The translations under genes and the position numbers were made by a program. A stretch of DNA of 64,000 nucleotides from a virus (taxonomy: Duplodnaviria > Caudoviricetes). Location: IMG/VR virus record IMGVR_UViG_2513237141_000002, positions 5,308-69,307 of that record. The stretch is one strand, 5' to 3'. Position 1 is the first letter of the stretch. The number at the start of each line of letters is the position of its first letter. The notes below the pieces were generated by a model. That model saw only the letters and a list, made by a program, of their open reading frames with translations, had not been told where the DNA came from and did not search any database. This document shows positions 8,380 to 15,684 of this stretch, piece by piece.

Positions 8380-8733
8380 TTAGCGGCGTTTTTTCATGGC
8401 CAGAATGGCTTCATAGGCTTTTCGGCGGAAATTCGGGCTTTCCCCGGCCACTAGGTCGTCAAAGCTCACGCTATCGAGATCGTCTCTTTCGCCATATATG
8501 ATCCAGCGCCCGGTGTAACTTTTGGCGGCCGGGCTGTGGGTGCGGAAGAAGTGCACGTAGCGGTCGGCATCCTTGGGGTCGATGGTTCTGGTGCCTGCCT
8601 CATGTGCCCGGTAGGTGCTCTCTGCCCAGCCGGCCTCCGTCGACGCCGATCGGGCTGATCCGAATCCCGCGAGGACCCTGATCTGCTTAAGTCGGCCGCC
8701 TTGGGCCTTCATGATTTCTTCGTCGCTACTCAT
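8380..8733 (-). CDS. CI-like XRE/HTH repressor without a peptidase S24 domain
   Basis: GGRLKQIRVLAGFGSARSASTEAGWAESTYRAHEAGTR is an HTH; divergent from the cro-like gene; start at ATG 8733, 7 nt after the -10 TACAAT. Confidence 0.85.
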   Translation of the reverse strand: MSSDEEIMKAQGGRLKQIRVLAGFGSARSASTEAGWAESTYRAHEAGTRTIDPKDADRYVHFFRTHSPAAKSYTGRWIIYGERDDLDSVSFDDLVAGESPNFRRKAYEAILAMKKRR

Positions 8734-8809
8734 GCCACAAATTGTAGCGGCAGAATAGCTACGTGCCGTATCGAAATGTGTTGACACTCGTCGCTACCTC
8801 CTGTAGCGA
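8732..8809. promoter_or_regulatory. right operator region (three sites) with PR and a PRM-like promoter
   Basis: ATGCCAC-N5-GTAGCGG (8732-8750), TAGCTAC-N5-GTATCGA (8756-8774), TCGCTAC-N5-GTAGCGA (8791-8809); plus-strand TTGACA at 8781-8786; minus-strand TACAAT at 8746-8741. Confidence 0.8.
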
Positions 8810-8817
8810 TATGCGTC

Positions 8818-9045
8818 ATGGATTCCTTTTCAGAAATCATTGACGCCTTTCATGGCCAATTCGCGGAAGCGATCGGCATCGAGGAAAGCCACGCCCGCAC
8901 GATGAGGGCGCGCAACTCGATCCCATCGACGCGCTGGCAGGCCACGGTCGACGCTGCGCACAGGTTGCAGATCCAGGGCGTGACCCTGGAAGTGCTCGCC
9001 AGACTTGAGGCCGCTAAAATCAGATCGAAGGAGTCGGCTCAATGA
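8818..9045 (+). CDS. Cro-like small HTH protein
   Basis: 75 aa, FAEAIGIEESHARTMRARNSIPSTRW (RxRxSIP motif); divergent from the repressor. Confidence 0.8.
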   Translation: MDSFSEIIDAFHGQFAEAIGIEESHARTMRARNSIPSTRWQATVDAAHRLQIQGVTLEVLARLEAAKIRSKESAQ

Positions 9046-9275
9046 CTCCTGCCGGCCTGCTCCCGCAGAATCTTCCGCGCGAAATCCAGCGCGCCTTCCC
9101 ACTCTCTGACGACAACAATTGCTGGAGTGACGAAGGAGAGCACCGGAACAATTACTCCGCCGTGCTTCGCGAATTTGACGATACGCATCATGCCATCGCC
9201 AGCGTCTTCGAACTCCGATCCCATAACAAACACATCTCGGATGCTTACGGCATCCACCAATTCCAGCATTCCCAT
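9039..9275 (-). CDS. hypothetical protein, antisense to the PR operon
   Basis: Protein-like composition (DVFVMGSEFEDAGDGMMRIVKF...); converges on cro. Confidence 0.55.
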   Translation of the reverse strand: MGMLELVDAVSIRDVFVMGSEFEDAGDGMMRIVKFAKHGGVIVPVLSFVTPAIVVVREWEGALDFARKILREQAGRSH

Positions 9276-9449
9276 GGTTTGATCCCACTAACCTGCCGCT
9301 GCGAAAACGGCACGCATTCAACGCCTGCGCGAATGATTTGTCGAGGCGCATTCTGCACTGGGCTGCAGGAATTCGCATATCTTCCGTACTCCTACGGTGT
9401 TCCATCATGGAACACCTTTCAACTTTTCCGCGAACTGGAGGCACTGACG

Positions 9450-9545
9450 ATGACCGTGCTCGCATGGATTGTACTCGCTTGGCTGTCGATCCAGCTGCCT
9501 CTCGGCATGTTCGTCGGCGGGCTCCTCAAGGAGCGATCGTTATGA
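9450..9545 (+). CDS. small membrane peptide
   Basis: MTVLAWIVLAWLSIQLPLGMFVGGLLKERSL; GGAGG upstream. Confidence 0.55.
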   Translation: MTVLAWIVLAWLSIQLPLGMFVGGLLKERSL

Positions 9546-9718
9546 GTCATAGGCATTTCGGTCTGCCTTCCGGCGTCGACCGGCTCGACAAGGACTCCGT
9601 CCTCTACGAGCGCGTCGCTATCGGCTTCTTCTGGTCGCTCGTCGGCGGCCTCGTTCTTCTCATCTACGGTTTCTATTTGCTGGTCGGCGTTCTGCTGGAG
9701 CCGGTTGTTGGCTCTTAG
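9542..9718 (+). CDS. small membrane protein
   Basis: MSHRHFGLPSG...VAIGFFWSLVGGLVLLIYGFYLLVGVLL; ATGA overlap. Confidence 0.55.
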   Translation: MSHRHFGLPSGVDRLDKDSVLYERVAIGFFWSLVGGLVLLIYGFYLLVGVLLEPVVGS

Positions 9719-9851
9719 CCGATCGAGGATCAGCGCAGCGGTGAATGTAATTGAACTTATGTAACTGCGTTTTTGCATCGGAATTTTTGCTCAGTGGTGG
9801 GTTTGGGAAATTCGGGATTTCAGTACCAATCAGTATCAAGGAGTAAAACCA

Positions 9852-10262
9852 ATGTCCGCAGATCTACGGGAAAATGACTTTGAAGAGAACCGGCTAAATC
9901 ATGGAAGCGAGAATTACGGGCTTCAGATCGGGCCGAACAGTGTGCCGACGTTGCAATTGCATCAGCTGTCGGAGCCTTGGCCACGCGGCGGCAGAGTCAA
10001 GTCAGCGATCAACCGCGCCTCTAAGCTCGTCGGGCTACCTTTTTGGAGATGCTACGAAATCTGGTACGGGCGCGCTCGCACCATAACGCAGCACGAGTTG
10101 CATCTGATCGCTGCCGCAATTCAAAGAAAGCAGGAAGAGGATGACTGGAATGAACTGTGCGCGCTCAAAACAAAAATCGAAATTCTGGAGGCGCGGCTCA
10201 ATTCGGGTAGTCAGGAATTCCGTGGCGCGGACGTTAACCAGCTTCGCGCGCAAGATTGTTGA
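9852..10262 (+). CDS. HTH-like protein in the CII position
   Basis: EPWPRGGRVKSAINRASKLVGLPFWRCYEIWYGRAR pattern, typical of alphaproteobacterial prophages downstream of cro; AAGGAG RBS. Confidence 0.7.
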   Translation: MSADLRENDFEENRLNHGSENYGLQIGPNSVPTLQLHQLSEPWPRGGRVKSAINRASKLVGLPFWRCYEIWYGRARTITQHELHLIAAAIQRKQEEDDWNELCALKTKIEILEARLNSGSQEFRGADVNQLRAQDC

Positions 10263-10283
10263 ACTGGCGGAGCGTGTGGCTCT

Positions 10284-10916
10284 ATGAATGCACTTCCAAC
10301 CAACATCGACATCGCCAAAGCTCGCCTGCCTGCGACGTATGAGCAAGCGAAGATTGCGCTTGCCTCGTGCGCTAGCATCGACGAGTGCCAAGACTGGGCG
10401 AACAAGGCAGAGGCGCTCGCGTCTTATGCCAAGATGGCCGACGACGATAGCTTGCGCACTCTTGCTGACCGCATTCAGGCCCGTGCGGTTCGCCGCATGG
10501 GCGAGTTGCTGAAGACATTTAACGCTCAGGGCCGACGTTCGGACGAACCTATCGTGGGCACCCACGAAAAGTTATCTCAACGGGAGGCGGCGGACAGGGC
10601 GGGTCTTTCTCCGCATCAAGAGTTGCAGGCCGTCCGCGTTGCCAACGTGCCTCAAGAAAAATTCGAGGCCGCCATTGAGGCACCTAAACCGACTACCGTC
10701 ACTGCGCTCGCAGAGATGGGCAAACAGATTCGCGCCGTGCCGGCCGAGAGCTTCAAGGCGGCCACGCACGCAATTGGTGCCGTTAAACGTTTCAACGAAT
10801 TCTGCGCAGCCAACGATCCGGCGACTGCGCCATCTTCGTTCACAGACCCGACCCGCCTCGCGCGGGCTAGCAATCACATGGGCAGGCAATGCGCATCACA
10901 TGGACCGACGAAATAA
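10284..10916 (+). CDS. conserved phage hypothetical protein
   Basis: LPATYEQAKIALASCASIDECQDWANKAEALASYAK...RAVRRMGELL; internal HTH-like segment (LSQREAADRAGLSPHQ). Confidence 0.75.
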   Translation: MNALPTNIDIAKARLPATYEQAKIALASCASIDECQDWANKAEALASYAKMADDDSLRTLADRIQARAVRRMGELLKTFNAQGRRSDEPIVGTHEKLSQREAADRAGLSPHQELQAVRVANVPQEKFEAAIEAPKPTTVTALAEMGKQIRAVPAESFKAATHAIGAVKRFNEFCAANDPATAPSSFTDPTRLARASNHMGRQCASHGPTK

Positions 10917-11335
10917 TCGAAGAACTGAAGCATCTTTTCATTGAGAGGAGATTCAGCAAGGGCGCGGTAGCAAGGTTTTTTTCTGAAAAGCTCGGCATCG
11001 AGGTGACCCGCAACGCGATTGTGGGGAAGCTCAACCGGCTTGGCATCAAGCGCGAGGGCGTCACGCAGTTTTGCGCCGAGCGCAAGCCGCGCCTGTTTCA
11101 GCCGAAGCCGTCGCGACAGCCATTTGTCCCCCAGGTCGTCGTCACCGAGCCTCGCATGGTGCCGTTCGCCGAGCTTGGCGACGGCGAGTGCCAGTACGAG
11201 TGCACGAACGCTGATGGCGTCGGTGACTGGCTATTCTGCGGGAATCCCTGCAAGTCCGGCTCTGCGTTCTGTCGCAAGCATCATGGTGTCGTCTGGGTCC
11301 GCGCCCGCAAGGCGAGAGTCGGGGAGGCGGCATGA
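10889..11335 (+). CDS. gcrA: GcrA-family cell-cycle regulator
   Basis: WTDEIIEELKHL...VTRNAIVGKLNRLG N-terminal HTH; C-terminal ELGDGECQY...LFCGNP...SAFCRKHH Cys/His domain. Confidence 0.88.
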   Translation: MRITWTDEIIEELKHLFIERRFSKGAVARFFSEKLGIEVTRNAIVGKLNRLGIKREGVTQFCAERKPRLFQPKPSRQPFVPQVVVTEPRMVPFAELGDGECQYECTNADGVGDWLFCGNPCKSGSAFCRKHHGVVWVRARKARVGEAA

Positions 11336-11655
11336 GCGAGGACGGCCTCAAGGTCGAGCGGGCCATGGCGTTGATCCAAGAGGGCCACGACCGCAGCACA
11401 GTGGCGCATCTCATGGGCTATGCAAGCGTCCAGTCTGTCCACAACCTCATTTACGAAGGCAAGGAGAGGCAGAAGTGGCGGGCGAAGGTGGCCGTCAACC
11501 CGGCGCTCGATCGGAAGTTCAAGAACGTCGAGCGCGTCAGGAAATACATGGAGGAGAACGTCGGCTGCTTGAAGAAGCAGATCATGCTCGATTTATGCTT
11601 GTCACAGCACACCGTTGAGCGGGCCATCAGAATCATAAACGAGGGGCTGGAGTGA
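11332..11655 (+). CDS. HTH-containing hypothetical protein
   Basis: RSTVAHLMGYASVQSVHNLIY and a second HTH-like segment. Confidence 0.65.
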   Translation: MSEDGLKVERAMALIQEGHDRSTVAHLMGYASVQSVHNLIYEGKERQKWRAKVAVNPALDRKFKNVERVRKYMEENVGCLKKQIMLDLCLSQHTVERAIRIINEGLE

Positions 11656-12089
11656 TGGCGCATCGTCCCCCGCTCAAAAATCCGCGACCGTCAAAGGTCC
11701 TGCTGCGCGACGAGATACTCAATCGCGTGCTGGCGCAGCACAGGGTCGAGGCAATCGACTTCTTCAGCACATGCCGGGCTGGGGACTTAACTGCGGCCCG
11801 CCGAGCCGCCGCTCAAGAGCTGAAGGCAGCCGGGTTTGCCGTCACGCGCATCGCTCACATTCTCCGGCGCAACCACAGGACCATCGGATATTATCTGTAT
11901 GGGGGCTCGAATGATGCCAGGCGCAATCGCTCCCGCACCTATGAAATGCTGAAGGCGCTGGACCCCTCAACCATGGAAACGGTGTTGGCCATCGCCAAGG
12001 CCGAGGGGGTTTCGCCCTATGTGTTGATCCGCGAGTGGATCGCCGAGCGCGCGACATATGAGGCCGCAGCGAAGGCGAGGGCAGCATGA
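11655..12089 (+). CDS. DnaA C-terminal-like HTH protein with an RHH-like tail
   Basis: ILNRVLAQHRVEAIDFFS..RAGDLTAARRAA...AGFAVTRIAHILRRNHRTIGY resembles DnaA domain IV; tail AIAKAEGVSPYVLIREWI. Confidence 0.55.
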   Translation: MAHRPPLKNPRPSKVLLRDEILNRVLAQHRVEAIDFFSTCRAGDLTAARRAAAQELKAAGFAVTRIAHILRRNHRTIGYYLYGGSNDARRNRSRTYEMLKALDPSTMETVLAIAKAEGVSPYVLIREWIAERATYEAAAKARAA

Positions 12090-12274
12090 GCGAAGAGTAT
12101 CGCATGATCTTCTTTGAGCCAGAACCGGACATCACGGTTTTCGAACTGGCTGTCTTCTTTGCGAACGTGGGCGGAGATCAGGCCCCAGTCTCAGGCATCC
12201 TTTGCACAAGGTCTGACTGGGAAGGCATGGGCAAGTCGCGTCGACACTGGCGGCTGGAGAGTCCCTGGTCATGA
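12086..12274 (+). CDS. hypothetical protein
   Basis: Coupled ORF. Confidence 0.6.
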   Translation: MSEEYRMIFFEPEPDITVFELAVFFANVGGDQAPVSGILCTRSDWEGMGKSRRHWRLESPWS

Positions 12275-12516
12275 GACGCCTCACCTCCGCAGACGATCCC
12301 CGCATCATGGCCCTATGGAAAAAGGGATTGAATACCGCGACCATCGCGCGAGAGCTGAACTGCCGCGAGTTCGAGGTCGCCAATCGTCTGGCGATCATCC
12401 GAGGCTATGCCCCGCGCAGTGAGGGGCCGAATAGCATCGTGGGGCAGATTGCGGGGGATCCGCCGAAAGGTCGTAGCGCATTGGATCAGATGGTGCGGCG
12501 GGAGGGCGGGGAATGA
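12271..12516 (+). CDS. small HTH protein (GcrA N-terminus-like)
   Basis: IMALWKKGLNTATIARELNCREFEVANRL. Confidence 0.65.
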   Translation: MRRLTSADDPRIMALWKKGLNTATIARELNCREFEVANRLAIIRGYAPRSEGPNSIVGQIAGDPPKGRSALDQMVRREGGE

Positions 12517-13202
12517 ACGAGCGTTTTGTCATAACCGGCGCTTCGCCCGATGAACTTTGGCCACTTGTGCGCGACTTCCACTATTCGGGTCGATTGCCGG
12601 CCAACATTCAACATTCTTATGCGGTGCGCAGGTCTGGCGGCCTCTTCGGAGACACCGGCGAACCAGTTGCCGGAATAATTTTCACGATCCCGCCGACAAA
12701 GTGGGCTGAAGAAGTAATCGAATTAGCGAGATTGGTACGCCACCCAAATTACGATGAACCGTTAAGCCGACTTATTTCCTTCGCCTTGGGCTGGCTAAAA
12801 AAGTCTGGCTGGAATTTGGCTGTAAGCTTTGCTGACTGGACCCAGCGCCATCATGGCGGCATCTATCAGGCCGCAGGCTGGAATTATAACGGCAAGCGTG
12901 AACCGGCTATGGATGGGTTGGTCATTGATGGCGTATTTAAGCCGGGGCGTTCCTGCAATTCGGCGTTTGGCACAAGGTCGCCAGAAAGGATCAAAAGCGT
13001 CCTTCCAGAAGCCTCCATCGCCCCCCATTGGGATGAAGGCAAGCACCTTTATTGGAAACCGCTTGCCATTTCTGGGCGGTCTAAGGCCAAGCGGCTTGGC
13101 CTGAAGAACCTTCCTTATCCAAAACCTATTGCGGCTAGTCCATCGGACGAGCGGCTTCCCGGCCGTGCGAGCCTCGTGCAACCCGAGGCGGCCGCTCCAT
13201 GA
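12513..13202 (+). CDS. mom: Mom-family adenine-modifying (methylcarbamoylation) enzyme
   Basis: FHYS, IELARL, SRLISFAL, VSFADWTQRHHGGIYQAAGWNYNG, KHLYW, PYPK motifs of the Mu Mom family. Confidence 0.85.
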   Translation: MNERFVITGASPDELWPLVRDFHYSGRLPANIQHSYAVRRSGGLFGDTGEPVAGIIFTIPPTKWAEEVIELARLVRHPNYDEPLSRLISFALGWLKKSGWNLAVSFADWTQRHHGGIYQAAGWNYNGKREPAMDGLVIDGVFKPGRSCNSAFGTRSPERIKSVLPEASIAPHWDEGKHLYWKPLAISGRSKAKRLGLKNLPYPKPIAASPSDERLPGRASLVQPEAAAP

Positions 13203-13558
13203 CCGCGATCTGTCCCTGCTGCGGCAATGAGATGCCAATTGGCCGGAGCGTCCAGTTCAGGCTCGAAAGCCACACGCTGATCAGTTCCGACTATGCGGTG
13301 GTCTTCACCGCCTTTGAGGCCGAGATATTCGACCTCCTCTGGAAGAATCGGAACACGGGCCGCGTGGTTACCGGCGAAGCGATTTTTGATCGTCTCTATG
13401 CGCTGGACCCGAACGGCGGGCCAGACACCAAAGTGACGGACGTTTTGATCAACCGGATGCGCCGGAAGCTCGCCGAGACAGACATCGAGATCGCAAACGT
13501 CTATGGCCGTGGATTTTTCCTTCGCAGCAAGACCAGCAAACAGGAGCAAATCGCTTGA
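13199..13558 (+). CDS. OmpR/PhoB-type winged-helix protein without a receiver domain (CtrA effector-like)
   Basis: FTAFEAEIFDLL...IFDRLY...PDTKVTDVLINRMRRKL...IANVYGRGFFL; N-terminal CPCCG. Confidence 0.8.
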   Translation: MTAICPCCGNEMPIGRSVQFRLESHTLISSDYAVVFTAFEAEIFDLLWKNRNTGRVVTGEAIFDRLYALDPNGGPDTKVTDVLINRMRRKLAETDIEIANVYGRGFFLRSKTSKQEQIA

Positions 13559-14091
13559 GTACAGCCGCCGCACTTAAACCCGACCCCATCAAGAACACCC
13601 CAGCCGAGGATGACGTAACCGCCGTCAACCTGCACAAGATCCGCTTCGCTCAAGACAGAGTCGGGGGCGCCAAACTTGTTCTCAAGGAGACTCAGAGCCA
13701 CGCCGAGGCCAAGGGGATTCACCTGAAGGCGGCGAAGAAGGCCTTCGCCATCATCGATGCTGGCGACGCCGAAGCGTGGCTGCAAGAGACCAGCAAGATC
13801 ACGACTTACCTTCGTATTCTCCGTCATGGTGTGCGGGACGGGCAGTTGAGCCTGGATCTGGAGTCCAACCTCGCGCCGATCGATGAACGGGCTGAGTTGG
13901 ACGGGCGCAGTCATGGCCTCGATGTCGCGCCGGGTATTGGTGAGTCGGACAACCCGCACGATCTGACGACCAGCAACGGACAAGCGTGGCTTCGCGGATT
14001 TCGCCAAGGAAGGACGGAGCGCGATCTCATATTGAGCATGCGTGACGACGTTGGCGAGGACGAGCCCGCCGCAGAGGAAGATGAGGACTGA
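13555..14091 (+). CDS. GapR(DUF2312)-like domain fused to an Rmf/CrpP-like motif and an acidic tail
   Basis: LKETQSHAEAKGIHLKAAKKAF...TYLRIL resembles GapR; ERAELDGRSHG...NPH...GQAWLRGFRQG resembles Rmf. Confidence 0.55.
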   Translation: MSTAAALKPDPIKNTPAEDDVTAVNLHKIRFAQDRVGGAKLVLKETQSHAEAKGIHLKAAKKAFAIIDAGDAEAWLQETSKITTYLRILRHGVRDGQLSLDLESNLAPIDERAELDGRSHGLDVAPGIGESDNPHDLTTSNGQAWLRGFRQGRTERDLILSMRDDVGEDEPAAEEDED

Positions 14092-14093
14092 TC

Positions 14094-14303
14094 ATGAAAC
14101 ACAAAATCCGTAGCATCCACTTGTCAGAAGTAGATGGGCGCCAGTTCATTTATCTATGCGTCAGTGACGATGAGTTTATTCGCTATCACGTCCTTCCAGT
14201 CGATATTTCAGAGGAGGACGAGGGGTGGCTGATCCTGAACATGGGCGGGAGCGGTGGCGGGTCTCTCCGAATCCCCCAATCCGCACCGAGGCAAGCCGCA
14301 TGA
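14094..14303 (+). CDS. hypothetical protein
   Basis: Coupled ORF. Confidence 0.6.
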   Translation: MKHKIRSIHLSEVDGRQFIYLCVSDDEFIRYHVLPVDISEEDEGWLILNMGGSGGGSLRIPQSAPRQAA

Positions 14304-14509
14304 TCAGCATCATCGCCGTGCTCTGCAGCCTTGCCAGTCCTGGCACCTGCCACGAGCAGTTCGTCACGAACTCAGACTTCGCCGAGATCTCGATGCAGTC
14401 CTGCCTGATGGGTGCACCGCAGCTGGCTGACTGGATGAAGCAGCATCCGGCCGAGCGCCTCGCTGGCTGGAAATGCCGGATGGGCAAGCAAGAGAGCAGG
14501 GGGGCATGA
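14300..14509 (+). CDS. small Cys-containing hypothetical protein
   Basis: MISIIAVLCSLASPGTCHEQ...SCLMGAPQLADWMKQHP...WKC. Confidence 0.7.
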   Translation: MISIIAVLCSLASPGTCHEQFVTNSDFAEISMQSCLMGAPQLADWMKQHPAERLAGWKCRMGKQESRGA

Positions 14510-14805
14510 TGATTAAACTCGTCCTCACATGTTCGGCTTGTCCCGAACAATACGATGCCTTTCTCAATGGAGCGCAGGTTGGCTATCTCAGACTCCGGCA
14601 TGGGGCATTCCGGGTGGATTTCCCGGACCACAACGGCGAAACGATTTATGAGGCTAGCCCACAGGGCGATGGATGCTTCGACGAAGACGAGCGCGACTAC
14701 TATCTTCGCTTTGCCGTTGATGCGATCCTAAAGCGGTTGGCGGTTGGTAAATACGAGAAGCAGGAAGCGCCAGACGTTCAGTATGAGATTGAGGGTCGGT
14801 CATGA
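14506..14805 (+). CDS. conserved phage hypothetical protein
   Basis: LTCSACPEQYDAF...VGYLRLRHG motif. Confidence 0.75.
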   Translation: MMIKLVLTCSACPEQYDAFLNGAQVGYLRLRHGAFRVDFPDHNGETIYEASPQGDGCFDEDERDYYLRFAVDAILKRLAVGKYEKQEAPDVQYEIEGRS

Positions 14806-15245
14806 TTACCGTCACCCTCTCCGGTGATCCGCAAGGCAAGGGCCGTGCTCGAGCATTCCGTCGCGGCAGCTTCATAGGCCACTATACGCCAGAGAAGACC
14901 AGAACCTATGAGGGGATGATACGCACCGCCGCGATGGACGCTATGGGAGATAATGAGGTTATCCCGGGCCCCGTCAAGTTTGTCCTAACGGCGATATTCT
15001 CTGTGCCGGCAAGCTGGTCGCGCAAGAAACGGGAAATGGCGTTGGCTGGCCAACTTTTGCCGACCAAGAAGCCCGACCTCGACAACATTGTAAAGGCATG
15101 GACCGATGCGATGAATGGCGTGGTGTTCGCTGACGATTGCCAGATCGTTCATGTCTCATCCTCGAAAAGCTACGGCAACACGCCCGCGGTTATCGTTACC
15201 GTCAAGCCGCTCGCGCAGGAAGCCGCCATGGATAGTGCTGCATAG
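14802..15245 (+). CDS. rusA: RusA-family Holliday junction resolvase
   Basis: PQGKGRAR, YTPEKTRTYE, PTKKPDLDNIVKAWTDAMNGVVFADDCQIV. Confidence 0.93.
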   Translation: MITVTLSGDPQGKGRARAFRRGSFIGHYTPEKTRTYEGMIRTAAMDAMGDNEVIPGPVKFVLTAIFSVPASWSRKKREMALAGQLLPTKKPDLDNIVKAWTDAMNGVVFADDCQIVHVSSSKSYGNTPAVIVTVKPLAQEAAMDSAA

Positions 15246-15272
15246 TTCTGACAATCGGCAGGGGAAACCATC

Positions 15273-15683
15273 ATGTGCATCCATATAAGTGAAATAAACT
15301 CCACAGGCGACGCGATCGATTATCTCTCCGCCCATGGCTGGAAGCCAAGCGAGGCGGTGGAGTTCGTCGGGCTGCTCTGCAAGATCGCGAAGAAGCCGCG
15401 GGCGGTGTCGGCGTTACGGCCAGCGACCGAACTCAGGCAGGTCAAGCGATCATTCCCGCCCGACTTCGTACTGACGCCGGAATTGGTGAAGGTGGCCACA
15501 GATCGCGGCTTTAATCTCGCTGATGTGCATGAGATGTGGGGACATTTCCGCGACCATTATTTGGGTAATGGCAAGTCATTCTCGGACTGGGCCGCCACAT
15601 GGCGCAACTGGGTGCGGAAGGCGGTCGAGTTCAAGAATCGTGACCAGCGCAACGCCACCCCGGCAATGGACTGGAGGGCGTGA
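15273..15683 (+). CDS. replication protein with a DnaT-like C-terminal domain
   Basis: FPPDFVLT...MWGHFRDHY...FSDWAATWRNWVRKA motif. Confidence 0.7.
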   Translation: MCIHISEINSTGDAIDYLSAHGWKPSEAVEFVGLLCKIAKKPRAVSALRPATELRQVKRSFPPDFVLTPELVKVATDRGFNLADVHEMWGHFRDHYLGNGKSFSDWAATWRNWVRKAVEFKNRDQRNATPAMDWRA

Positions 15684-15684
15684 C

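Noticed and set aside
7834-8454. Several 60-170 aa ORFs on both strands between PL and the repressor
   Set aside because: No RBS, Arg/Pro/Gly-rich shadow composition, no motifs; treated as non-coding
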